In this document: positions 31,500-45,639 of the stretch, in pieces | How positions within the stretch are numbered: the stretch's first letter is position 1 | Layout of the letters: every line of letters starts with the position of its first letter | DNA from: the human T2T-CHM13v2.0 reference genome, Homo sapiens | DNA: 64,000 bases | Strand: one strand, 5' to 3' | NCBI RefSeq assembly: GCF_009914755.1 | Contig: NC_060928.1 | Program-made: the position numbers and the translations under genes | Notes under the pieces: model-generated | Told to the model about the DNA's origin: nothing | What the model saw: the letters and a program-made list of their open reading frames with translations, nothing else | Database searches by the model: none

Positions 31500-32228
31500 T
31501 GTGAAATAAAAATAGAGTCCTAAGCCCCCCAGACAGAATTAAAGGACTCTTTGTGGCAGAAAAGACCCCCCCAAAACCTAGAAAAATGAAATTTCCCAGC
31601 TTTGATAAGGTAAGAGGTCAGTCCCATCTCAACACTCCCCTACCTCAACAACCATTTCAGGACTGTGTTTTCTACTATTAAACAGAAACTAGTTCCTGAA
31701 AAACAGTGTCTGGAAGATTTCTCCACACACCACCTGATGCCGGGGCCGACCTCCCCTCCCTTCTCACAGTTTTGCTGTGACAGCTGACAAGCCTCACAAG
31801 GCATTCCACCCTGATAGCTGACCGCCAAGCACAGGCTGGTTCTGGCCAGTCCACGGAGGCTGCGTGCAAGATGCCTTTGTGTCCTGTTATTCACCTTTTG
31901 ACACAAAGAGCCAAGTTTCACTTTATTTTAATGTTAAATTTGTACTCTAAAATAAATATGGGACGTAGAAATCATGAAGGTTTATACACTCATCATATGT
32001 TTGGTTTCTCTCTCAAATATTCAAAGATTCTCTCATAATCTGCTGAATAGGTATGTATAGCTAACTCCATTGGGTGTAAATCCTAGGCTTCCTCCTTTTG
32101 TCTCAAAAGCCTCTGCTTTAGGTTTTGGCCAGAGGCTTCATTTTTCAACCTACAGGTTGTAACCGTTTATAGGAAATAAAGCTCTCCTTTTTCTTCCTCC
32201 AAAGATCTCATGGTTTTTTTGTTTAAAA
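31500..32228 (+). mobile_element. MER39-like ERV1 solo LTR
   Basis: tgtgaaataaaaatagagtcctaagcccccc start, ggttctggccagtccacggaggctgcg core, aataaagctctccttt poly(A) region. Confidence 0.8.
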
Positions 32229-32239
32229 AAAGTATTCTT

Positions 32240-32470
32240 TTGTGCTTACTATGTGTCAAACACTGTTCTAGTTGTGTTAGTTAAAAAACTTCAATCCTCA
32301 AAACATAGGTAGGCAGTCATGAAGTCATTCAAGGTCTGTAGTTGAAAGTTCTGTTGCTGAGACTTCTTATTTTAAAGTGAAAGCCTACCAAGAACATGCA
32401 ATCCTCATCCTGAATTTAAAATTGAGGACACTAAGGCACAAGGAGACTAATTTGACCAAGGTACTGAGCC
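32240..32470 (-). mobile_element. MIR SINE relic
   Basis: gtgcttactatgtgtcaaacactgttcta...tgaggacactaaggcacaaggagactaatttgaccaagg. Confidence 0.6.
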
Positions 32471-33099
32471 AATACATTGTTTTAAAGCGTGGTATTTTTT
32501 TCCTGTTTTTGTTCTTCAAAATAAAAACCAATTCACTGCTTTATGATCTTATCTTTTAAATAATATTGAATGTATCGATTAAGATAATTCTCTCTATGTA
32601 AGATTTTCTCTGCATTCAAGAAGCAAATTTTAATGTTGTATGCTGCTATTGACTTTTTTTTTCCATAATCAAGTTTGCCTAGAGGCTTCTTTCTACTTTA
32701 AGGACCTGAGAGAATATAACTGTTACTTTGCTTAAGTTGCAAAATAATAGATTCTGTTTTTTAATCTTTTGTTTTTCTTTATCAGAATAAGTATCCCTTC
32801 CACATGTTAATATTCTTCACTAAAAGTAGTTAAATAATGAGTCATTTGACTTCATATTTTAAGAATATGGTAAATTGCAGGCTTTCCAAGCACTAACATT
32901 TAAGAAAATCATATACCACATGTTTACACATTGAAAGCTGAGATTAGAATGAAGTAAATAAATAAAACACCAGGTGCAGGAAATGCAGAAGGAATTGAAA
33001 ACAAGGACAAGAGCTCTTTAGGCAATGTTTGTGAAAACAGTTGATGATCGGAGGGGAGCAGGGGAGGGTGGGTTGTCGGCGTTTGTTACCACATTAACC

Positions 33100-35070
33100 T
33101 GTTAGCTTGGTCATGTGGTGTCAGGAGGTAAGGCCTTGACCTGTGAAATTCAGAGAGTTGGATCTGAGCAGCCTGAACAAAATATGGAGAAATTTAAAGA
33201 GCTGTTAATAAGTGAAAAATAGTGCAAATAAGCGATATAGGAAATTTGCTTGTTGGCCTCTCATAAGACCTGATGAAAAGCAAAAGAAAAAATCTATTCT
33301 AATTCATATCCATGCTCTATACTTTACAAACATATTGTTTTTTAAATGACCCTATGTGTAGTAGTTCCAAAACCTCCAAACTCAGGAAAAATCATAAAAC
33401 TGAATCCTGGACCACTAGCCTTGAAGTGCCTGGCAGAATCAAACACAAAATTGCTCAGGGCACAGGATAACTACTGAAAAAGCCTCCTGGAGAACAGCTC
33501 AGAGTGGAAGTTTGTGGGGGAAAACAATACCGTAAGTGAGAAACAGAGAGAGTAGTAATCCTCAAATATTGCAGAATAAAAGAATGTGCTAAGGAATACA
33601 AAAGAAGTATACCAAAAAACATCAAAGTCATAGAATAATATATTTACATAATCAGGAGATAAAATGAGAAAATAAAAAAATATGAGTCAGTTTTTTTACA
33701 TACTACTAAAACTCTTAGAAGCAAAAAATATAATTATTGAAATAATATATATACATTAAACTAGTTAAACATTAAGAAAGACAATGAATAAACTAGAAGA
33801 CAAACTAAGGAAATTACCTGAAATGCACAAATATAAAAAGTTCAAAATTATGATGTAGAAATTAAGGAAAAAGGTGAATAAAGTGAGAAGCTAAAGATAT
33901 GGGAATTTCGACTAAAATTCCAAAAAGGGATGCCATGGAAAATTAGAGACCAGTAATATTTAAAAAACTATTGGCAGCAAATTTCCAGAGTTCTTGATAA
34001 CATATTCCAGATAAAGAAAAGACATCAAAATGAACACCAGAAAATACTTTGAAAGCAAGCATGAGAATATCTTAATTACATAACGTATTCCAGATAAAGA
34101 AAAGACATCAAAATGAACACCAGAAAATACTTTGAAAGCAAGCATGAGAATATCTTAATTACATCAATGTAGGGAAATATTCCTTAGTCAGGGAAACAAA
34201 GAAATTAGAGAAAGAATTTCTGCAAATTAATAAGAAAGGAAGGATGCAGCATCAGAAAAATGGGCAAAATAACTAAACATAGTTATTCTTACTAAGAGAG
34301 GGAAATGTAAATTAAGACACTTGGATACCATTTCACATCTATCATATTGACAAAAATTAACATCTAAGAACTCTTGGTGTTATTTGGTGACAATGTAAAG
34401 AAATGGGACCTTTTATAGCTTTGCTGACGAGTTGAATTGTTACACTTTGGAAATTAATTTAATTAATTAATTAATTAAAGAAAATTAATTAACTAAAGAA
34501 AAATTGATTATGCTCATATCCTTTGATTCAGCAAATCAACTTTGTGTATTTCCTGTGAACAAGGAAACAAATAAAATAATTATTGCAGCCTCCTTTTAAA
34601 TAGAAAACCATAAAAATGATCTAACTTTCCTTTGGTATACAAATGGATAAAATTATTCATTTATATAATATAAAACTACAAAGTACTGCAAATAAATAAG
34701 TGATATGTGTATAACTAGGAAAACATTTATAATTCCAAGGTCAAATAAGAATACATACAGTGAGTAAGTATATATTGTTTCAAAACATGCATTTAAGAAT
34801 GATATTATAATGAAATATAAATGTGTAATACAAGTTCTAACATAAAAATGTAAATGAATGTGTCAACCATGGGGTCTTTTTTACCTCCATGAAAATAAAA
34901 ATGAGAAAAATGGCAGGGGAACTTTAGTTACATCTATCATTTTCATTTTCTTTTTAATAAAGTTTAAAAAATCAAATATATTAACATCTATTTAATCTTG
35001 ATGGTGGATACATGTGTGCCTATTATCTTATTGCCGTTTCTTTCTCCCTCTATAATAGTTTTCATTGTTT
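33100..35070 (+). mobile_element. Old L1M(C/E) fragments (5'UTR/ORF1-like and 3' end)
   Basis: A-rich strand bias; ggcagcaaatttccagag (ORF1-like); gataccatttcacatctatcatattgacaaaaatt and ctcatatcctttgattcagcaaat (ORF2 end-like). Confidence 0.6.
33997..34164 (+). repeat. 83-bp tandem duplication (2 copies, 1 mismatch)
   Basis: ataac(a/g)tattccagataaagaaaagacatc...gagaatatcttaattac starting at 33997 and 34080. Confidence 0.95.
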
Positions 35071-37214
35071 TAAATAAAATAAAACTTTCTAGAAGAAAAA
35101 TATCAAGGTTTACAGTTAGGAGCAAAACCGTAATTCAAAAATAGTTTTCAATTGTGAGTGGACTTTAATATAAACGATGTAAAGGAAATATTAACATAAA
35201 ATCAGTAATATCCCTAAGCAAGGGTCAGCAACATTTCAATATAAGACTACATAGAATGTATCTGGAATCCTTAAATAACTTAATGCTAGGAAAATGACAT
35301 ATGGGGGAATTTCTGCTTTGCACAGGGAAGCACATACACACAAATATAATAAGAAATTTTAGTACAAGGATTATTTTACAAGATCATACAATTATTTGGT
35401 AGAAAGAATTCCATTGGTTAAAAAGTACAAAAGTGATTGTAGTATACACATAAGATTAAAGTGGCTAATGTGCTTTAAGTGGCATTATTGCTTAACTATT
35501 TTTCTTCCAAATCAACCCCACAAAGTGAATATGTCTGTAGACCCAGTTGGGTGAAATTCATAGCATAAAGCTTACTTTTGCAATGATGGGCTTCTGAGTA
35601 GTTTTCTCTGGAAGGGGTAATGGACACATGTAGGAGGGCTATGTAAAGTGACCAAGTCCCCTCTCTTCACCACCATAGAAGTTGAGAAGAAACATGCCCA
35701 CTCTCATTCCCCATTCTGCCCTGCTTGTTGTTTTATCTAACTGGTCAGAATCTATGACTGCTTAATTTTGCCACATTTTACCAGTAAGTAGACTGTAGTA
35801 AAGGAGAAAGTTCAGACTTCCCCTCTCTCGCCTGGGGCCCACACTGCCTATATGCACGGCTATCCAGGGCATCTTTTCTTTCATCAGTTACTAAATAGGT
35901 TAGTTGGGGCCTGCTCTGAGGTTAGGCCATAGCTTACCTTTCCTCACAGGGAGGCTTGATTTGCTAGTGCCAAGATTTAGATTCAAGGTAGAAATATGAG
36001 ACTGCACTAGAGTTCAAGGCAAAGCCACAAAACCACACATTCCAGTTCAGCTTTTGCCAGTGAGTCCTGCCTTACCTTGATTTTAGTGGACCCAAATTAT
36101 CATAAAGTATACTTTAATTCCCATTCAGCCTATGTACAGGGCTCCTTTTGCGAACCCCAGGGGAAGAGGGATGATTAAACCAAAAATATTTTACATTCTT
36201 GTCAGGTAAATATTTTAACATCATTAAAATATTGCCAATATTTTCTGCTGACCCCATAGGAGTAAACTCCTATTCCCCACGCAGAAAAATATGAGTACTA
36301 AAGATTTTAACCTAGGAACCTAAAAGCTTCAAATAAAAATATCCTAGAGAAAAAAGTTTTTAGAAAAGTTTGCATGTTAACAACCAATTTACATACACCA
36401 AGTTATCTTTAATATTTCACAAAACAGTGTGTGTTCTTATCTGTATGTTTAAATTTTTTTGTTCATTGTGTTTATTTTTTCTTTCCCTGGGAAGTCCGAC
36501 TAACTGGAGTAGGAATTATTTGCAAGTAGAGTATTTATCATTTGTATAGTTATACTTTCTTTAATTAGAATAACATGATCTGCGAATTGAATTCCCTTGG
36601 AAAACAAGGCTTATATTATTAGGAGATATATTTCCACCAGTGGTTTTACCATCTCTACTACTTTGAAAAAAATAGGAAGTTTTTCAAACCTCATAAACGG
36701 TACTGGGAAGTATTAGGGTTTATATATATGCACAACCTTTGGAGAGTTTATGAAACAGTAAATAAGACTTGTGTTTGTTTCTTTGTTTTTTTCTGTGGCA
36801 AGTAGCAAATTCAAAACCATTGAATATTTAAAGAAACTTACAGGTATAAAAAGGGTTGTGTAAATATTTTCTGTACAATTCTGGAGAGGAAAAGATGGCA
36901 CGTTAACTGTGGCCCAGCAGAGCAGGCTGGGAGGGCCAGATTGTGGAATCTGCTCCAGGGCTGAGACACACACAGAGCACAGACACTGCAGCACGTGCCA
37001 GGAGGAAATCTGGCCAAGCAAGTCATAGATAGTAATACAGTTGCATACAAAATTTTGTATCAGAAAGGTCCAACACTGGACACTTAATCTAACAGGCCAG
37101 CAGAGAATAGCAATAAGGAATTCAGAAACAAATGATATTTGGAAGATTCGACCAGTAATCAGGAACTCAACATAAAGAAGTCTTCAGAAGTTGGAGGAAA
37201 AGGAACTAACCCAT

Positions 37215-37385
37215 GTGGAGTATGTCAGGCGCTGGAGTGGAAAGTTCATATACACTGATCCCTTTATTCTTCAATAATTCTGAAATTGTTTTCATTTTGT
37301 GATAAAGGAAACTGTGGACCAGACAGATTAATTATAACTAGTAGTACCTGGTATTCAAACCCTGGCCTTATTCCAAATCTTTTCT
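37215..37385 (-). mobile_element. MIR SINE relic
   Basis: cattttgtgataaaggaaactgtggaccagacag...ctggtattcaaaccctggc. Confidence 0.55.
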
Positions 37386-37764
37386 ATCTTCTACCCACTG
37401 CAAATTAAAAACATGTTATATTTAATTAGCATATTAATTAATAAATCACCCCCAGGCTAGGCAATTTGGGATGAATAAACATGAATTGTTTCAAATGACA
37501 CAAGTTTTAAAATGTTCAGGAGTCTCACTGTTATTCTGTCCTTATTAATTTATATTCTTTATAACTACAAAGGTGATATTAAACATTTGTCATTGGGCCA
37601 CAGGAAAATGATGTATTACAAAGTGTCTAGGCAATGTCTGAAATCTGCACAGTGCTTTTTTGGCATTCAGAAATATTCTGTTCCTATGTGATTAAAGTCT
37701 CAATTAAAGTTGTTGATAGATGTTATTTATTTTTTTAAGTTTCTTTTATATGAAGGAAACAGTG

Positions 37765-37910
37765 CTATATGTTCACCAAAACTCCTTTAATATTCCACCT
37801 TGTATACATGGAAAACCATACTTCCCAGCTCCCTTGCAATTAGGTGGGCCATGTAACAAATTTAGGCCAATAAATGTGAGTAACTTGTGTCACTTTTGAA
37901 CTAAGGGCAA
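37765..37910 (+). mobile_element. MLT1H/I/J-like MaLR LTR fragment
   Basis: cttcccagctcccttgcaattaggtgggccatgtaacaaatttaggccaataaatgtgag...tgtgtcacttt. Confidence 0.7.
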
Positions 37911-40900
37911 AGGATGGGAGGGGATTAGGGATGGGGATATTGGTGAAAGGAGGCTGGTCCAGGGTGGAACTTGACAAGAGGAAATTAGAATTTGAGTCCT
38001 GGAAAAACTGAGATCTTAATAAATAATCCCAAAACTTAGTCACTTAACAGGAAACAAAGAAGTTGAATTTTCAGAGCACAGATAAATGGGTCTGATTTGG
38101 AGAGGCAATGAAGATGTCTTAGTGTTGAGTGCAGAGTGTTATTGTAGAGTTGCTTATGTATTTTCTACCTAACATTGAGGTGTTCTAGATTCTGGGTAGA
38201 TGATAAATATGCAAGTATATGTGTGCAGATGTGTAGGAGAGGTGCAAATAGCTCTAGATCTGAGGATAAGAAAAGTGTGAAGTATCAAAAACTAGCTGGG
38301 ATTAAAGAAATGTTTAGGGTAAAAATATACTTTTTGAATACTACATCTATATTCTGAATTAAAACAATATGAAAGAGGTTATTTGCATAACATGGTAGAC
38401 TGATCGATTAGGTTGATAAACTGGATTATTTAAAAGAATGAGGCACATGTGCACATATGTTGTGCAGATGAAGATAGTCCTGTGAGAAAAATGTGTAAGA
38501 ATAAATAAAGCAATCAATCTGCTAATGGTATGTTTTCCCTTGTTACCAAAATTTGGAAACTTTTAGTAATTTTCTGTAAAGACGCATACATAAATCTGGT
38601 CTCTGGATAATCCTCAAACACTTTGACCATAGAAAAATAGGTCCTGTGGAATAAAACAAGAAATTCAAGTCAAGGCTTTTGTTTCACTTTTTAGTTCCCA
38701 ATCCCAGTAACTTCAAGACATTAGTCCTATCTATTATGAATATCTCAAGGTTATTTTCCTCACTTGGACACTCACTGAAGCAATAAATCAGTGACTAATT
38801 ATACTTCACATTCTTCATGTTAAGTGTGGCTTGTGATGATTTACATTATTTAGAACTATAAAAGTGAAATTAAACTATTGCCATAAATGATTACAGTAAA
38901 GGGCATAGAAAGAAATGGCAATATTTTAATGAAAAGGGTAGCTTCTGCTTGGAGGCACTATCCCTGCTCTGTGGCTTTCCTGGTGTTCCTAACGTGTTAC
39001 CTTTAGGGTCAGAGCAATTACTGCAATTCTCTGTGGAATCAATATTTTGCCATGTTTTATCATCTCAATTTAGATGCATTTTAAATGGTGCAATGTCATC
39101 ATCATTGCCATGACAGAAGATAAGCCTTCAGGTGAAACATAGCATTATCCCACAAGATAATTTTTTTATAACATTTTCAGACTGAATTTTGTCATGTGTA
39201 CTTTGCAATGTCACCCTAAGTTTCAGGAAGGCACAACATTTAAAACAAATTAGAAAAGAATGTCTCATTTTTTTTCTTGACAAGAAATATATTTCAAACT
39301 AACAAGTTTATTAAACTGATAAAAACATAATTATCCTCAAATAGGATGATATGTTTTTCATATCTTTTATACCTGCAGTGACCATAAAATGAGTCATTTT
39401 TTATTTATTTTGCCTCGGATAAAGTCATATCACACTAAGTTTTTCTATAGGCTAGTATTCTATAAACTGTACAAAAGGAAGAAAAAACAATAAAAACTGG
39501 TAGAAGAAAAGTCCGAGTTATATGGAGTTCCTCAGAATTCACATCTGTAATCTTTAATTGATGAAAATCACAAGAATCTGAGTCATATTGTCTTGACCTG
39601 AAAGGCAAAAGATGACCTTGTGACTTTTTATCAAATAATAAAAACAACAGATCAACAGTGCTGTGGGATTTAAAGGGAATGACTTGAAAGCCTTCACTCT
39701 CTCTCCACCCTAAGTTACCCATCATGGAGCTGTTTGCCTGAAGGACTAATGAGTCTTCTGGGAAAAATGTCTCTAACAGAAAACATCTTTAAGATGCATT
39801 TGCTTCACAAATAATGTGTCAAAATGCAGGAAGGGGACAATTGAGCAATCAGTGCCTGTCTCTTATGTTGTCTTAACCTGTCTGCTCTTCCTTTCAAGAT
39901 AATCTCTAAATGTAAGGGAAAGACTACAGTGAATTTCAGGTCAAACATGTGACATGTGGCAGAACTCCTCTGAAATCTATGTGCTGGATTGTAGCACAAA
40001 GATGAGAGGAAGGCTAAAGGCAGATTTGGCCCTTAAAGAGTCCAACGGACTGCACTGGAGCATAAACCAGACAGAATAGCCTGGACAAGAACTAGAAAGT
40101 CACCAGCACCCCAGAGCCTCTCCATGGCCCATCTAGCACTATTCACCTCTACCCACAATGGTAACCACTATTCTAACTTGTAACATAGGGCTATGTATCT
40201 ATATGGTCCGCCTAAAATTCTAGGATAATAATGATTATTTAGAGTTATTTAAGAGAGACAAGGCATCTTTCAATGGAGAAGCTGAGAAATGTCTTCTACC
40301 TTTCCTATGTCCTGTTTTAGAATAGGTAACTAGATTTTCACCTTTCAAAACTGATTTAAATGCTGAAAAAAATAAATCTGGACATCTGACAGCAAATCAG
40401 ACCCAAGCAATTATGATAAATCCTTAGTAATTTATTTTTGGAATTATCTCTACATGGGCTTCTGAAATCTACAGATTCAAAGGACATTGATAGAACAAAA
40501 AAAAGGCATGTGAACAGAATAATGAATACATGTAGGGGGAAAAGAAAACTGAGATAGGAAAAGTGAAAGAGAAATAACGTTAACCTCATATTTTTTCTTT
40601 TTCTGTTTTTAAATTTATATCAAGTGGCTTGTAACATCCCCGAAGCTTTAACACTCATTTGGGGTTTTAAAAATAATTGCTTATTTTCTTTAATTTTATT
40701 TTATATATTCTTACTTGACTCTTCAGCCTTTATATTACTCTGCCAAAAAATCTCGTAAGTTTAAAAACAAGGAATAAAACCCACAAGACTCATGATAAGC
40801 ACCATGATCATATAAAATCTACAATGGAAATGTACTTTCTCTATAAAGTTTTAAAGCAAATATTTCAGAAAATGTATTAGGAAAAGACTTTGCAATTTTA

Positions 40901-41129
40901 TCATACAGGAATAACCAAATAACAGAAGTCATCAGATTAAAATTACTTCACCTTCCCATCAGCAAATCTAATAACACACTCATGTGTTTCCATAAAATTT
41001 GCCTTCCCTCCTATCACAATATATTGTGCAGGGAATCAGTTCCATTTGCATCACAAGGATTTTGCTGCCAAAATTATTCCCTCTCATCTCCACCATACAC
41101 TTTTCCCGCTCTACTGGAATGCTTTTTTT

Positions 41130-42182
41130 TTCAACTCACAGACACATCTTGTAATTTCTCAACTTAAAAACAAACCAAAGCAACAAACAAACCACAGCTT
41201 CCCTTGATCCCACATTTTCTAGCTCCATTGATCTGTTCAACTCTGTAGCAACCCCACAAAGTGTGGCTGGACTTGTGCTATTTCTTGTCCTTTCTTCCAT
41301 TCTGTCCTCAACACATGCTGACCATCTTCACTCTCCATAACTCTTCTGAAAGAATCATCAACAATGACCTTCCTCTGGCCACACACATGGTCAGTTCTCT
41401 CTCAGGTTTCAGCTTTCTCTCTGAACAGTATTGGACACCATTGATAATCCTCTCTTTGAATTATTCTCTTCCCTTGACTCTTAGGGTACCATATACTCCT
41501 CTTTTTTTTCTGCACCAGTGATGGCTCATTGACGTAGTCGGCCCTGGAGGCTATAACAAAATACCATAGACTGGATGGCTTAAACAAAAGACATTTATTT
41601 TTCACAATTCTGCAGGCTGGGGAGTCCAGCATCAAGGTGCGGCCAGATTTGGTGTCTGGGGAGGGCCTGCTTTCTGGCGTACAGAGGCTGCCTTCTCGCT
41701 GTACCTTCACATGGTAGAGAGAGAGAGAGAGTTCTGGTCTCATTCTTTTCTTATAAGGACCTATCCCATCATGGGGACCCCACTTTCATGACCTCATCTA
41801 TATCTTGTGACCTACCAAAGGCCCCACCTCCAAATACCATCACTTACTTTCTTTCCATTCTTAGAATATAATAGGCTTTTCCCAACTCCCAGACATTTAC
41901 AAATTCTCTGTCCCCTTCCTTTCCTATAATCTTCTCAAGGCCTTTCCTTGTGGCACATTCCTGTTGGGATAAAATGACACTTTGTCAAATGGCCTATCTC
42001 TGACCACTTTAAAATATGTACTATCCATCTGTCACTACCAGTCATTATACTATACTCCATTTTTTGTGTTTATGTGTCTTTCTACCCCAGTATCAGGTAA
42101 GCTTCTTAAGGGGAAAGGCTTTGTTTATTCCACAGTACCCTTATACCCTAGAATAATATCTGTAAATATTTGCTGAATGAGT
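41130..42182 (+). mobile_element. L2 relic split by an MLT1A LTR
   Basis: atcatcaacaatgaccttcctctggcc, ttggacaccattgataatcctctctttgaa; 3' end gtaaatatttgctgaatgag. Confidence 0.6.
41534..41845 (-). mobile_element. MLT1A-like MaLR solo LTR
   Basis: ctataacaaaataccatagactggatggcttaaac...ggagtccagcatcaaggtg...aaaggccccacctccaaataccatcac. Confidence 0.88.
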
Positions 42183-42289
42183 TAATGTGTGCACTCACTG
42201 CCTTGTACCACAGAAATGTCTCACATAACGCTGGTGGCTCAGAAACAACTGTTAACCATTAATATTTAAATGTGTCCCATCATGAACAT

Positions 42290-42682
42290 TTTTATAGTTT
42301 GAATGTGTCCCCCAAAGGTCATGTGTTAAAAGCTTAATTCCCAATGCAACAGTGTTGAGAGGTGGAACATTCAAGAGGTGAATAGGTCATGAAAATTCTG
42401 CTTTCATGAATGAATTAATGCCATGATTGCAGGAGTGGTTTAGTTATCTTGGAAGTAGTTTCTTGATGAAAGAATGAGTTCAGTCTTCTCCCTCTCTAGA
42501 GTGTGCTCTTTTGCCCTTCTGCCTTTTTCTTTGGGGTGATGCAGCATGAAGGCCCTAACAAGATGCCAGTACTATGCTCTTCGACTTCCCAGCTTCCACA
42601 ACTGTGATACATAAATCCCTGCTCTTTATAAATTACTCATTCTGTTGTATTCTGTTATAACAACATGAAACAGACTAAGGCA
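42290..42682 (+). mobile_element. MST-family (MSTC/D-like) MaLR solo LTR
   Basis: tatagtttgaatgtgtcccccaaa...cccaatgcaacagtgttgagaggtgg...gacttcccagcttcc...cagactaaggca. Confidence 0.88.
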
Positions 42683-43350
42683 AATGTCTACACCATTGAG
42701 TTTATACAAAGAACAGAAACAAGCTTTTCAAGGACCCAATAATGTGTTTGGCTTTGCTTTTACTTGTCCCTTAGAAATTTTAGACTTGAAGAAATTGAAA
42801 GAGATCAAAAACTTATTACCCATTTGTCTCCATTAGGATTTTTGAGGTATCAAGTTAATATTTCTTAAACTCGCAACATGTAAACATTTTTGAAAAAGAA
42901 ATGGAACATTTTGAAATCACATTTGAAGGCTTTCATTTCTGGCATATCTAGATGGGTCTCAGAGTGCTGAGAATCCTGTTATTTCTTCACTCAGTGCACA
43001 TTCTACCTCCCACTAGGCCTAGCGTTACTAAGATTCTTTTTGATTAGAAGTTTCCTTTTATTCTGGTAAGATGAATGTTTAAGCATACATCAAAGTACAC
43101 TTGATCAGCTGAAGATATTTTTTACAAAAATAGTTAGTGCAACACCTTTATCTTAATGAGTAAGACAAGATTTCAAAACAAGCATGCTGCTTTAAAATCC
43201 TTCACTTTATTGCTAATTTTCTGGGGGTGAACCAAGGTCATCTTTACATTGGATAACAAAATTTAGATTTCCTTAATATAAGTAAAATAAATCTAGACAA
43301 TAATTAGGTAACTCCAAGGGCAGTTTAACTATTTCCCTAATGTCCTCTAA

Positions 43351-44820
<1,470 letters not shown>

Positions 44821-45131
44821 TCTTGTCACCACATATTCTCCTATTGAAAGTGCCACACAGTATGGCAAAAGGATAGAAAGACCTCAGCTAATACAATCAC
44901 ACTTTTAATAGATTATAGAATAGTTCTGGCCTTAGGAGCTTTGAATTTAAACATTGCATAAGTAATAAGCATTATTATTACTCAGAACAACTTGGAGGAA
45001 CTCAAATTTTTATGTATGTATGGCATTTCTTAAAATGCATTTAGACTTTTTGAGCATTTAAAACTTCTCTGATTCAAGAATTTTATATAATTGGCTGTAT
45101 CTAATGAAGCCACATTGCTTGGTTATTAAGA

Positions 45132-45191
45132 GTGCACGTGTACCCTAAAACTTAAAGTATAATAATAATAATAATAATAAAAGAAAAAAAA
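45132..45191 (+). mobile_element. Ultra-short young L1 (L1HS/PA2/PA3-type 3' tip) inserted in a MIR
   Basis: gtgcacgtgtaccctaaaacttaaagtat(aat)n plus A tail; TSD aagagt (45128-45133 / 45192-45197); site tt|aagag. Confidence 0.88.
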
Positions 45192-45639
45192 AAGAGTCTA
45201 GTCTCTTGGTTCAGACAAAATTGAGGTTTTAATCTTAATTCAACCAATACCTAACTATGTAATTTTGGACAAGATCCTTAATAGGAATAATAGTTACAAC
45301 TAGCCATGTAATTAGGAATAAATGATCTGGTTTAAAGGACTTTAAATAAAAAATTTTATTTAAAGAACAATGGCTTACACATGAAAAATCTTAAATCAGT
45401 TTATTTATAACACTTAATAGAAAGAGGGTAAAATTAGTGTTATTTTCCATTTCTCCAATTTTTACCTTTCCTGTCTCACAAATATTTCTTTGTTGGGGGA
45501 CATAATAGAGACCCTAATTAATTTGAAAATTACACCTTAAGAAATTTCTAGTCGGGTAAAGAAAATCTCCAAATAAGAAAGGGTCCCAAGTGTATATGGG
45601 AATAACCTATACTATTTAGTATCTTCCCCATTAACATTC

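Noticed and set aside
34451-34510. (AATT)n self-complementary run (also 62472-62495)
   Set aside because: Ordinary tetranucleotide microsatellite; palindromy follows from the unit.
36256-36273. Short hairpin ataggagt-aa-actcctat (and aatgatatta/taatatcatt near 27405)
   Set aside because: Stems of 8-10 bp are expected by chance several times in 64 kb of AT-rich DNA.
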